This document shows positions 55,321-64,000 of a stretch of 64,000 nt of DNA, piece after piece. Source of the DNA: an uncultured Spirochaetota bacterium (GTDB taxonomy: Bacteria; Spirochaetota; Spirochaetia; SZUA-6; Fen-1364); NCBI GenBank assembly GCA_963734545.1, contig CAVTHO010000003.1, forward strand, positions 445,593 through 509,592, given 5' to 3'. The notes under the pieces are model-generated. The model had not been told where the DNA came from. It saw only the letters and a program-made list of their open reading frames with translations, and did not search any database. Position 1 is the first letter of the stretch, and each line of letters starts with the position of its first letter. The position numbers and the translations under genes are program-made.

Positions 55321-56091
55321 CTAGTGTGCTAAGTATCCTCCGTCAACGACGATAACCTCCCCCGTTACGTAGCTGGAAGCCTGAGAAGATAAAAATAGTA
55401 CAGCCCCGATAATCTCCTCCGGTTTTCCAAAGCGACTCATTGGTATATCTTTAATGAGTCCATCGAAAACTTTTTCTGACGCTCTCAGTCCCCTTGTTAA
55501 TTCAGTTTCCAAGTAGTGAGGAGCAATCGCATTGACCCGGATACTATATTTGGCCCACTCGATAGCAAGACTCTTTGTCAAAAGGATAATCCCTGCCTTT
55601 GATGCGCAGTATGCTGGGGCACGAGGAACACCACTGATTCCCGCAGTTGTTGAAATGTTGATAATACTTCCGTTCCCGCTCCCGATCATTTCTTTACCGA
55701 CGTATTTGCTACAAAGAAAAGTTCCTCTCAGATTCACCCGAATAATTTTGTCCCATTCTTCAACTGGTGCGTCCTCAGTGGGTATGTAGCTCAATTGAGA
55801 AATTCCAGCATTATTAACCAAAATGTCTATTTTTTTAAACTTCGAAACAGCTTCTCTTACCAAATGTTTTACTTCTGCTTCATTGGAAATATCCGTTTGT
55901 GCAGAGATACAACGACACCCCATCTCTTTAATTTGTTTCGCCGTATCGGTAGGGTAAACTATGTCAGCCAAAACTAAGGAGCAACCGTTCTGGGCAAGAC
56001 TTATCGCAATCTCTTTCCCCAGTCCTTGGGTACAGCCCGTGACAACAGCAATTTTTCCATCTAATCTAAACAACTTCGAAGAGTCAATCAT
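55321..56091 (-). CDS. SDR oxidoreductase (FabG/gluconate 5-dehydrogenase-like)
   Basis: TGCTQGLG, NNAG, YCASK, VDGG. Confidence 0.93.
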   Translation of the reverse strand: MIDSSKLFRLDGKIAVVTGCTQGLGKEIAISLAQNGCSLVLADIVYPTDTAKQIKEMGCRCISAQTDISNEAEVKHLVREAVSKFKKIDILVNNAGISQLSYIPTEDAPVEEWDKIIRVNLRGTFLCSKYVGKEMIGSGNGSIINISTTAGISGVPRAPAYCASKAGIILLTKSLAIEWAKYSIRVNAIAPHYLETELTRGLRASEKVFDGLIKDIPMSRFGKPEEIIGAVLFLSSQASSYVTGEVIVVDGGYLAH

Positions 56092-56192
56092 ATATTCCCT
56101 CTAACACAGTTTGATCCTTCATTTCATTTGCCACCCATTCTCTTCCCGTATTCGTCAATGATTATTCCTCCATTGAGGTTTTCATTAGGGCG

Positions 56193-56783
56193 TCACTTTT
56201 TGGTCTCAAATATCCCGTGGAAAATCAATTCGCTTACTTCGGCGTAATGCTCCATCAAATCATACTTTTCTCCTTTGAGCAGCCACCGCGTGACCATATG
56301 TTCTAAAACACCTAAGATCATTTGCCTAAGCAGATATACATTTGCATTTTTTCTAATGACACCAGCTCTTTGCCCTTCTTGGATAATGTCTAACATTCCC
56401 GAAGTAAATGGTTTAAAGGATCTATATCCAGCATGTTTGGCAAAGTTTTTACTTATCCGCATCTCCAGCATAAGAGTCCTTGCATATTTAGGGTTCGTTT
56501 TAAAGAAGTAAAGATAATACCAAATAAATTTCTTGATTTTATTAAGCGAACCATCAATTCCCTGCGAATGCAATTCAAGTTCCCTACAAAATTCTTTGGT
56601 CTTCTCGACAGGAATCGAGAAAAATAAATCCTCCTTGCTTTTGAAATATTTATAAATTGTCCCCTCGGCCACATTTGCCTTTCCAGCTATCTCAGAAATG
56701 GTCGAATTCGCAAACCCTTTTTTACTAAAAATCTCAATCGCTGATTGGATGATTGCGTTTCTTGTAACGGTCGTCTTCGCCAT
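56193..56783 (-). CDS. TetR/AcrR regulator (FadR/YsiA-like)
   Basis: IIQSAIEIFSKKGF...IAGKANVAEGTIYKYFKSKEDL. Confidence 0.95.
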   Translation of the reverse strand: MAKTTVTRNAIIQSAIEIFSKKGFANSTISEIAGKANVAEGTIYKYFKSKEDLFFSIPVEKTKEFCRELELHSQGIDGSLNKIKKFIWYYLYFFKTNPKYARTLMLEMRISKNFAKHAGYRSFKPFTSGMLDIIQEGQRAGVIRKNANVYLLRQMILGVLEHMVTRWLLKGEKYDLMEHYAEVSELIFHGIFETKK

Positions 56784-56799
56784 TAGAATTCCATCCTCC

Positions 56800-57199
56800 G
56801 TGAACGTCGCTCACAATTATCAGGTTCCAAAGCATTTGTCAAGCACTTTTTTCTCAAATATATCATGTAGACAAATAAGTGAATAACGTTCACTACGTAC
56901 TTCCATTTATGATGTACTGGGTTTAGACAAATAGACCCATCCTGATCATAGAATAATGGATAACAATTTCCTTGTCGGCATTCTACTCAGATGAGTTTCA
57001 TAACTAATTGATTTTGCATTATAAATATTTACTAGTATTTTTAATTGGTAGCTTAATGGAAGGAATTGTCCAACAATCGATATCGATTTTGTAACCCGAT
57101 CCATTGTGAACGTCGTTCACTATTGTTCCATTTTGATCGTGTGCTAAGAATGGTTAGTTCTTACATATTTTGGCTAGATACAAGGTGAATGATACTCAC
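56800..57199. promoter_or_regulatory. Four 15-bp GTGAA-N5-(T/C)TCAC palindromes (probable TetR operators)
   Basis: 56800-56814 gtgaacgtcgctcac; 56879-56893 gtgaataacgttcac; 57106-57120 gtgaacgtcgttcac; 57185-57199 gtgaatgatactcac. Confidence 0.8.
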
Positions 57200-57697
57200 T
57201 TTTACATGTTAAATTCGGGGACTTTTGGTTAGGAAGCCTTTAAGGGTGATAACGTTGAAACATTATCAATGCAGTATGTTGAAGAAGAGTTGTTCCTCGG
57301 TTAGCCCTTCAGTCTATTGGCCACGCCAACTATGAAGCATGATCTTCGGATTATTGTGGTTACTGCAGAACAAGTTTAGAAGTTTTTGGGCAGAAGGCGG
57401 ATTCTAAGATAGTGAATGGCTGGGTAGGTTATTATGAAGCTGTTTGGAGCAGGCTGGTCTATTATTCAAGGTGAGATAAGGCAATAATGTGAATCTCACG
57501 CAAAATAAGTTCAAGCTTTACCATTCTTAATTGGGACAGCATGTTTCTGGGGAAGTTGATTCTCAACCGCTCGAACACCTGTTCGAAATAGGAGTAAGCT
57601 CAGTTTACAAGGCAAAACTCCAACTAATTTTTGAAACCAGTGATTTAGGGTCATTATAATTTGGGTTTTGTGTGGCGGCGCTGTGTGTGTCCAATCA

Positions 57698-59431
57698 CTA
57701 TTTGCTTGTCTTCATTAACTCTTTTGGAGTCAAGTTCATAACGTAATCCTCATCTTCTTTATCCAGCCTGTGCCACTCCCATGGTTTGTCGCCATGAGGT
57801 GGATGGAGAACTCGCATGAATTCTTGGTTACAAATGTCGCCCAGCTCTTTTTTAGCCAGCCTACACATTAAAGCGAATTCAGCCAGTCGCCGACCATTCA
57901 ATACTGCAAGGGAACGAGATCTCTCATCGTTTTTAACAGTAATTATTTTTTCATCATTGTGTGCAACGATAGACCCATATGGGGGGCCACTTGTCGCTGG
58001 GGTCCCAATCGGCCACGAAATCGGTATTAGCTCTATGCCCCGTTGAATGGTGTTCATCGCGTGGAGGCATGTTTCCTGGCCGCTATTGAGGCCGTATCCC
58101 ACAGCAATGTTAGTTGTTGGTTTGCCTGAGATGTCCCCCCTGAACATGTTACTGGCGAAACGCTCCAAGAGCAGCCTGAACTTAGCAGAGAATGTATATG
58201 TGGACACTGGCGAGCCAAAGACAAAACCATCGGCCTCCCCTATCCTTGGCAGCAACTCACTGGCCATATAGTCATTCTTGATAATGCAGCCAAAATCCTG
58301 AGGCATTTCACGTCCTTTCCAAGATATACCACGGTTGGGAATGTCATACCGTTGATTACAATTGAGGCAAGGTCTGATTTCTTTATCAGCAATGTCGATG
58401 AATTCGGTCTCGAAATCAGCCACACTTGCAACGCGCCGGCCAAACTTCTCAATTGCCTTAAGCGCATAAAGCGTCAGCCAGGCAGTGTTTCTTCCTTTCT
58501 TGTGACTACAGGATAGGCCCAAAATCTTGCACCTCGTCCTTTCTCCTTGTCTCGTTTCCGGTCGGATCACTACTCCATCTAGATCTTTAACCGCATCAAT
58601 ATCCAAACTCAGGACGTAATCTTCATCCCTCGCATCCAGCCTATCCCATTCCCAAGGAGATCCACCGTGGGGTGGATGATAAAGTTGAATAAATTCCTGT
58701 TTATAAAGACTACCTAGCCGTCGCTGCGCTACCTTTTGGATTAGTATTACCTCAGCTACCCGCCTACCAACAAGTGCTGCCAAGAATTGTGCCATTCTGT
58801 CTTTCTTAACCCCGATTTGCGTTCCGTCATCATCAGCGGGCAGAGGTCCGTTGGGCGGGCCACTAACACCAGTGGCTCCATTTAGCCACGGAACGGGAAT
58901 CATTTCCAACCCCTGAATGCCCATATTCATAAATTCAAGGCAGCTCTCCTGACCTCCCATTGGAGTGGCACCTACTGCGACTGCTCCTGCCGGTTTATTA
59001 GTAAAGTAACCTAAACGAACATAAGCTCTAAGACGATCAAAGAGAGATCTGAACTTGCTCGTATAACCCAAGTTAAATACCGCTGAACCGAAAATGAAAG
59101 CATCCGCTTCACGTATTTTGGGAAGCAGCTCTTTTGCGAGGTAATCATTTTCAATAACGCAACCAAAATCATGTGCCATTTCAGGCGTTTCCTCCGACAA
59201 ACCCATATTAGATACCCCGCATCGCTTGTCGCAATCAGGACAGAGTTTTATTTCTTTGTTAGGAAGGGAAAGGTCAATGAATTCGGTTTCTATTTCAGCT
59301 ACACCGTTTATCCTTCGACCAAATTTCTCTATTGCCTTAAGTGTATATAGCGTTAACCAAGCGGTGCTTCTCCCGCCTCGATGGCCGCAGCTAATCCCCA
59401 TTACCTTGATTTTCACCTTCTCAACAGTCAT
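57698..59431 (-). CDS. Internally duplicated flavodoxin / NADPH-FMN-reductase family protein (two domains)
   Basis: Both halves carry SC.H..GR.TAWL.LY.LKAIEKFGRR, FGC.I.NDY.A.ELLP.I.EAD.F.FGS, HPPHG..PWEW.RLD. Confidence 0.85.
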   Translation of the reverse strand: MTVEKVKIKVMGISCGHRGGRSTAWLTLYTLKAIEKFGRRINGVAEIETEFIDLSLPNKEIKLCPDCDKRCGVSNMGLSEETPEMAHDFGCVIENDYLAKELLPKIREADAFIFGSAVFNLGYTSKFRSLFDRLRAYVRLGYFTNKPAGAVAVGATPMGGQESCLEFMNMGIQGLEMIPVPWLNGATGVSGPPNGPLPADDDGTQIGVKKDRMAQFLAALVGRRVAEVILIQKVAQRRLGSLYKQEFIQLYHPPHGGSPWEWDRLDARDEDYVLSLDIDAVKDLDGVVIRPETRQGERTRCKILGLSCSHKKGRNTAWLTLYALKAIEKFGRRVASVADFETEFIDIADKEIRPCLNCNQRYDIPNRGISWKGREMPQDFGCIIKNDYMASELLPRIGEADGFVFGSPVSTYTFSAKFRLLLERFASNMFRGDISGKPTTNIAVGYGLNSGQETCLHAMNTIQRGIELIPISWPIGTPATSGPPYGSIVAHNDEKIITVKNDERSRSLAVLNGRRLAEFALMCRLAKKELGDICNQEFMRVLHPPHGDKPWEWHRLDKEDEDYVMNLTPKELMKTSK

Positions 59432-59737
59432 TCAATGGCTCCTCTGCTTTCGTCGTTCTTTCTATTAGGTCCTGGTCATACGTTTGTCCATCTTTTGCTT
59501 ACCCACCTCCCAAGTCAAAGCAAATCCACCCGCTCCTCTGGAATTCTGATTCCTCTAGGGAAATAGGCAACTAACCAGGCTCGTTCATATTGTCATAGAA
59601 AAAGCTAATTTACTGCATTTCCCCTTTGCGTTTAATGGGTCGGCTTACTGTTTTGTCGTTTTGGCCTAATGGATCCGAGACCATCATTTGTCTCATAAAA
59701 CCCGTTTTGTAGAACGTCTGATAAATTCTTCTACCGA

Positions 59738-60100
59738 CACTCTTGCCCAAATTAGGTTTTAAAAAAAATAGGCCCCAAATTACTTTTGTGGTAGAGTAAT
59801 TTCCGCCAAGAAACCTCAATCACAAAAGGAGGGCCTCCGATGAATCGATTTAGTAGCATATTTACCCAACTTTTACAACTATTTCCTCGGACCTATTTCC
59901 TCGGACCGAGTTTCAACAGGCAGTCAAAGAAACCCGAACGGAATGCCATACTCGGGGCTTTACGTGCTGGGATCAATTCGTATCCATGCTCTTCTACCAA
60001 TTAGGTCGAGCCCATTCCCTCAGAGAGATTATCGGAGGACTAAGAAGCTGTGAGGGGAAGCTGAAACATCTGGGCATTACTGCGCCCAATCACTCCACTT
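59738..60100 (+). mobile_element. IS4-family remnant: left end plus truncated, frameshifted transposase N-terminus (DUF4372-like)
   Basis: AGGAGG RBS, ATG 59840 MNRFSSIFTQLLQLFPR; after a 14-bp tandem duplication (59879-59906) ...RGFTCWDQFVSMLFYQLGRAHSLREIIGGLRSCEGKLKHLG; cactcttgcccaaat at 59738 resembles an IS4 end. Confidence 0.8.
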
Positions 60101-60335
60101 CAGAATCAAGCAGAAAAAGAAGTTACGGGGTCTCCTACGCCAAAATGGATAGCAACATTTGACCAAAAACCGCCTACCCAATAAAGAGATGGCTCGAAAG
60201 AATATCTTTCCAGAAGGGACTTGATATCCCCTGCGGTTCTTCAAGCGTTTGACATTCCGTAACTTTTTGAAACGGTGTAATTATAATGCGTCTGTCTCTG
60301 GCCCCCTTAGTCTATTTTTCTGAAGCCTAATAAAG

Positions 60336-60520
60336 CTAAGAGGATGGAAAATCACCCAGAACTTTCTCTAATCTCTCAAAGTATTCCTTGATTGGCTTGG
60401 TCCTCCCCTTCTCCCAGCTGACTATGGTCATCTCACTCACTCCAATCCTCTTGGCCAAGTCCACTTGAAATAACCCCCGTTCCAACCTCCATTTTTTGCT
60501 ACGATCTCATAAGGTTCGTT
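60336..60520 (-). pseudogene. XRE-family HTH regulator remnant
   Basis: TL*DRSKKWRLERGLFQVDLAKRIGVSEMTIVSWEKGRTKP...; in-frame TGA near the N-terminus. Confidence 0.7.
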
Positions 60521-60604
60521 CAGGGTGAAGCGGGAGCCGGAACGTAATGCTTGACAAAGGAAGTGAAAAAAGATTATTCCAAATCTATGGGAGGAATGGA
60601 TTTC

Positions 60605-61297
60605 ATGGATGAAAATAGAAACGAGATGATCAGGGATCTCAAGTCTTATCTGGAATATCTCAAGGGAATGGGGATTGTTTCTCTCCCAGTTTCTGACCCA
60701 GTTTCTGAGATAAAACCTGAAGAACCCAGTCCATCTCGCATAATAACACTGGAGGAAGTGCGAAAGGAATTAGGGGACTGCAAGAGATGCAAGCTCCACC
60801 GGACACGGCGGACGATCGTGTTCGGGGAGGGCAACGAAAAAGCAACCCTGATGTTTATTGGAGAGGGCCCTGGGTATGACGAAGATGTCCAAGGAAGGCC
60901 CTTTGTGGGAAAGGCAGGTCAACTCCTAACGAAGATTATCGAATCGATCAACCTTTCGAGAGAAGAAGTTTACATTGCCAACATCGTTAAGTGCCGACCT
61001 CCACAGAATCGAAATCCGGAACCTGATGAGATCCAGAACTGCAATCCATTTCTGATGAGCCAGATCCGTGTGATTCAACCAAAAATCATCTGCGCCTTGG
61101 GGACTTTTGCTGCCCAAACCCTGCTCAAGACCGATACTAAGATCTCGCAGCTCCGCGGGAAATTGTTCGATCTCGAGGGAATCACGGTGATCCCTACCTA
61201 CCACCCTGCTTTTCTATTGAGGAATCCTGAACGAAAGAGAGAGGTCTGGGAGGATATGAAAAAAATCGCAGAATTATTACGTCCGACCAGCACTTGA
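60605..61297 (+). CDS. Uracil-DNA glycosylase, family 4
   Basis: CKRCKL, GEGPG, GRPFVGKAG, KCRPPQNRNP, TYHPA; GGAGG RBS, exact start uncertain. Confidence 0.95.
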   Translation: MDENRNEMIRDLKSYLEYLKGMGIVSLPVSDPVSEIKPEEPSPSRIITLEEVRKELGDCKRCKLHRTRRTIVFGEGNEKATLMFIGEGPGYDEDVQGRPFVGKAGQLLTKIIESINLSREEVYIANIVKCRPPQNRNPEPDEIQNCNPFLMSQIRVIQPKIICALGTFAAQTLLKTDTKISQLRGKLFDLEGITVIPTYHPAFLLRNPERKREVWEDMKKIAELLRPTST

Positions 61298-61310
61298 TTT
61301 AACGGATATT

Positions 61311-61354
61311 GGGGAGGTTCCCCTCGGCATATGCTGAGGGAAGCCTCCCCAAAA
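61311..61354. terminator. Long GC hairpin between convergent genes
   Basis: ggggaggttcccctcggca-ta-tgctgagggaagcctcccc followed by aaaa. Confidence 0.55.
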
Positions 61355-61393
61355 GGAGTTATTTCTTTAGTCTCGCCCTTTTGTGAGTTTGTT

Positions 61394-62377
61394 TTAGTGA
61401 TGAAAGTTCTTTGTCAGACTATTGAAGCAACCTTTGCTAATGCTTACGGCGCCGTGTAAACCATGGAGGTCCCCTAGAACGCCATCCACATACCCTCCGA
61501 TGGAGCAGCTGAGGCCCTTGTCCCCGTTAGTTCCGGAATTTGGTAAGATAAAAATCGTTGCTAATGTATCATCATTCCCCAGGTTGACGCCAGATCCTTG
61601 AGTCACAAATATTCCATCTTTACCGTTACCGTCGATGAGATTGTCGGCGATATAGGCTACGGAGCCTTCTACAACCTGAATCCCATCGTCCGTGTTGTTA
61701 CTGATCTCATTTCCTACGATGGTAGCACAAGCAGAGCGTCTCACTCTGATGCCATTCTGGTTGTTCCGAATGACATTACGGCTAGGCACCGTATTAGTAG
61801 GGGAGGAAACTCCTATCCAAGCAGAAGCGTTATCATTGACTTCAATCCCAGTCGTATTAGGGTAGTTTGGGTTTACCCCCGTATCGTGTATCGTGTTATT
61901 GAGAATAGTAGCATTGCTACCCCCTGCTACAAGCATCCCGTTCTTTTGAGTACCATAGATATTGTTTCCGTCTATCGTTGCACTAGCTCCTTGAACAATC
62001 TGAATCGCAGCCATGCCCCCTGTAATGTTGAACCCTTTTATTGTTATCGTTTTCCCAAGTATCACAACATTACCCGTGGTAGCACATGGGATCGGGTCTT
62101 GGCAAGTGATTGTTGCGGTTCCGCCACCATTCAAAGTAATATTACTTTTGTTCGCTAATATATAGACAGTCTCACTACAGGTGCCCGACACATTTATAGT
62201 ATTACCAAAAACAGCTGCGCTCACTGCAGCCATAATGGTTGGGTAGGAAGTTTGAATCGGAGGTTGCCCGGTAGTGATAGAAACGGTACACTGTCCTAGC
62301 CCCACTGATGGGAGAAAACAAAGAAATGTTCCCACAGCGATTAAACTACATATTTTCCAAATTCTTATCTTTTCCAT
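61394..62377 (-). CDS. Secreted right-handed beta-helix (NosD/pectin-lyase-like) protein
   Basis: AGGAGG RBS; signal peptide; repeated I.GN.I..N..DGI turns. Confidence 0.85.
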   Translation of the reverse strand: MEKIRIWKICSLIAVGTFLCFLPSVGLGQCTVSITTGQPPIQTSYPTIMAAVSAAVFGNTINVSGTCSETVYILANKSNITLNGGGTATITCQDPIPCATTGNVVILGKTITIKGFNITGGMAAIQIVQGASATIDGNNIYGTQKNGMLVAGGSNATILNNTIHDTGVNPNYPNTTGIEVNDNASAWIGVSSPTNTVPSRNVIRNNQNGIRVRRSACATIVGNEISNNTDDGIQVVEGSVAYIADNLIDGNGKDGIFVTQGSGVNLGNDDTLATIFILPNSGTNGDKGLSCSIGGYVDGVLGDLHGLHGAVSISKGCFNSLTKNFHH

Positions 62378-62508
62378 GGTGATTTCCTCCTTCAAAAATC
62401 AAGAGTTTATTTCTTTTGTAGTCATTATCCGCCGCCTCTGCTGACTCGTAAACCTCCAGGTGCCCTCTAATGGGTGTCCCCATTAACTCGTTCAAGGTTA
62501 CTAAATTG

Positions 62509-63123
62509 CTACTTCAATTCATAAGAAATCAGTTCCGCATCATTCATTTTCATTTCGACCCAATAATCTGATTTTTCATATTCTCGCTTTACCCATGCTT
62601 TGACCTCTGGTGAATACCAACGACGCATCCAACCATATCTTCCTCCGTAGGCTGGAGTTCCCTGTTTTAAATAAATCACATAGGCCTTAAACGTTCCTGC
62701 CGGTGTTTTAACCTCTGCAATATCCTCTACTGTTAAATCACACAGTATGGTCAGCTCCTGTTGCATGCCACGGCGGGATTCTACGGTGAAGCTATCTGTC
62801 CATTTCTTACCAACAAATAGCGGAAAGTCATTAACTTTTTTAAGAACCCCTGTGGCCCCCATTTTCCTGCCCTCCGGTCCAATGAAGAACTTGAGGTTCA
62901 TAGTTTTCCTGTCAATAGCTACTACACTTTTAGGTGCCTCATTTTTCAGGACAAACACATCTTCTTTGACATCCAAAACCTCGCTAGAAAAGGTTGCCCC
63001 TGTGGCATCCTTATATGTCCATTTATCTCCTACTTTCCAAACCGGTGCTTCGCATTTTTCCTGGCTCCATGTTTGTGAAACCAAAAACAGAAATAGAAAA
63101 CCTAAAATAATTATCTTTTTCAT
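62509..63123 (-). CDS. Hypothetical secreted protein
   Basis: MKKIIILGFLFLFL signal; APVWKVGDKWTY, VKTPAGTFKAY, WYSPEV. Confidence 0.75.
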   Translation of the reverse strand: MKKIIILGFLFLFLVSQTWSQEKCEAPVWKVGDKWTYKDATGATFSSEVLDVKEDVFVLKNEAPKSVVAIDRKTMNLKFFIGPEGRKMGATGVLKKVNDFPLFVGKKWTDSFTVESRRGMQQELTILCDLTVEDIAEVKTPAGTFKAYVIYLKQGTPAYGGRYGWMRRWYSPEVKAWVKREYEKSDYWVEMKMNDAELISYELK

Positions 63124-63231
63124 TTCACCCATCCCCTTTCTCCCTTTTCTGAATAATAACCCTCCTGTTCTTTATTCGATTGGCCGACGAGGCATCACCT
63201 CCTTTCAGACTGACGGCAACTGTCTGCTTTT

Positions 63232-63267
63232 AAAATCCCCATCTATCCCCCTTTGCCAAAGGAGGAT
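63232..63267. repeat. REP-like element
   Basis: aaaatccccatctatccccctttgccaaaggaggat with a cctttg-c-caaagg hairpin. Confidence 0.35.
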
Positions 63268-63445
63268 AAAAACCCTGTAACTGAGGCATTACCTTTAGTT
63301 CCATTCTGAGATGTTGCATTTTGAGATTGACGCCATTTTAGGCATATGATATGGTTTGTGACGGTACGTACCGTCACACTTTTTTGATTACTTCCGGTCG
63401 TGATAAAATCTCCCGTCTTTTCAATGAGTTTTTGGGGGTGTAAAA

Positions 63446-64000
63446 ATGGCGAAAAACGCCAACCCTCATCCCATCACCATCGACCTCAATCAGTTCAAGC
63501 TCCATATTGAACTCAAAAATAGAATTGAACTGACCCTTCATTTCAACTCGCCTTCCCGAAGGTTTTACCTCTCCGTGATTGCCTTTGTCGTTAACGAGAT
63601 GAAAAGACTGGGGAAAATCACATCCATCCCCCTGGAAGGACATCATGACCTTCTTGCTTTGCTGAACGAGACCATCGGAGGTTCTGCCGGGTCGTCAGAG
63701 ACAGAGAACTTGCTTTCAAGGATCTACAGGAAATGGCAACATGCCCTGCCCAACCTGGAAGAAGCTCCGCTTTTCGTGGTTCTCGGAAGGAAAAAGGGAT
63801 ATGAGGAAGGGACCGGCAAAACCTATCCTTTTACCGAGTCTGAAAAGGATAGCTGGGCAAATCTTTTTGAGTACAAAGGGAGCCATGAAAATGTCAGGCT
63901 CAAGTTCGCTGTAGATAAAATAGGAGCAACTTTAGATGACATTTCAATCATCTACGAGGATTCTTTGAACGGGGAAGCATGGGAGAAATTCATATCAAGT
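63446..64000 (+). CDS. Hypothetical protein, open at the window end (absent from the ORF track)
   Basis: ATG 63446 MAKNANPHPITIDLNQFKLHIELKNRIELTLHFNSPSRRFYLSVIA... with no stop before 64000. Confidence 0.75.
   Translation, partial: MAKNANPHPITIDLNQFKLHIELKNRIELTLHFNSPSRRFYLSVIAFVVNEMKRLGKITSIPLEGHHDLLALLNETIGGSAGSSETENLLSRIYRKWQHALPNLEEAPLFVVLGRKKGYEEGTGKTYPFTESEKDSWANLFEYKGSHENVRLKFAVDKIGATLDDISIIYEDSLNGEAWEKFISS

Noticed and set aside
56800-57199. Rex boxes
   Set aside because: Spacer is N5 rather than the N4 of TTGTGAA-N4-TTCACAA, and an adjacent TetR is the simpler owner

Overview
The window has two parts of different composition. Part A (1 to about 54,155) is GC-rich and looks like a free-living spirochaete (Spirochaetia-like, inferred from the tRNA His-Arg-Lys-Leu-Gly/tig/clpP/clpX/lon block, a spirochaete-type small CxxC protein and the lipoproteins). 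It carries a heme cluster (hemY, hemL, a SirC-HemA fusion, an Ahb/NirJ-type radical SAM), accessory surface and lipoprotein genes, two MCPs, tRNA-Pro, lnt, an arg operon (argR-C-B-D-G) with ARG boxes, an HgcA-like gene, malic enzyme, alpha-2-macroglobulin, five more tRNAs and tig-clpP-clpX-lon. Many conserved genes are split by single-base indels, most likely sequencing or assembly error. Part B (about 54,160 to 64,000) is abruptly AT-richer and begins inside a truncated acyl-CoA ligase, so the join is probably chimeric or a contig concatenation. It holds TetR-SDR-ligase with four palindromic operators, a tandem double flavodoxin, IS4 and XRE remnants, a family-4 UDG and secreted proteins. Most interesting signals: (1) a full-length HgcA homolog whose Hg-methylating cap-helix motif N(V/I)WCA(A/G)GK is replaced by DVASGAAT, with no hgcB; (2) three sigma-54 promoters, each with a tandem TGCA-N8-TGCA-type enhancer about 78-80 bp upstream, two of them near-identical in layout and driving unrelated lipoproteins; (3) tandem lipoprotein paralogs with near-identical N-halves, mosaic C-halves and a conserved 7-aa uORF; (4) recurrent leaderless-mRNA architecture. 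All calls come from reading the sequence by eye; no database search was run.
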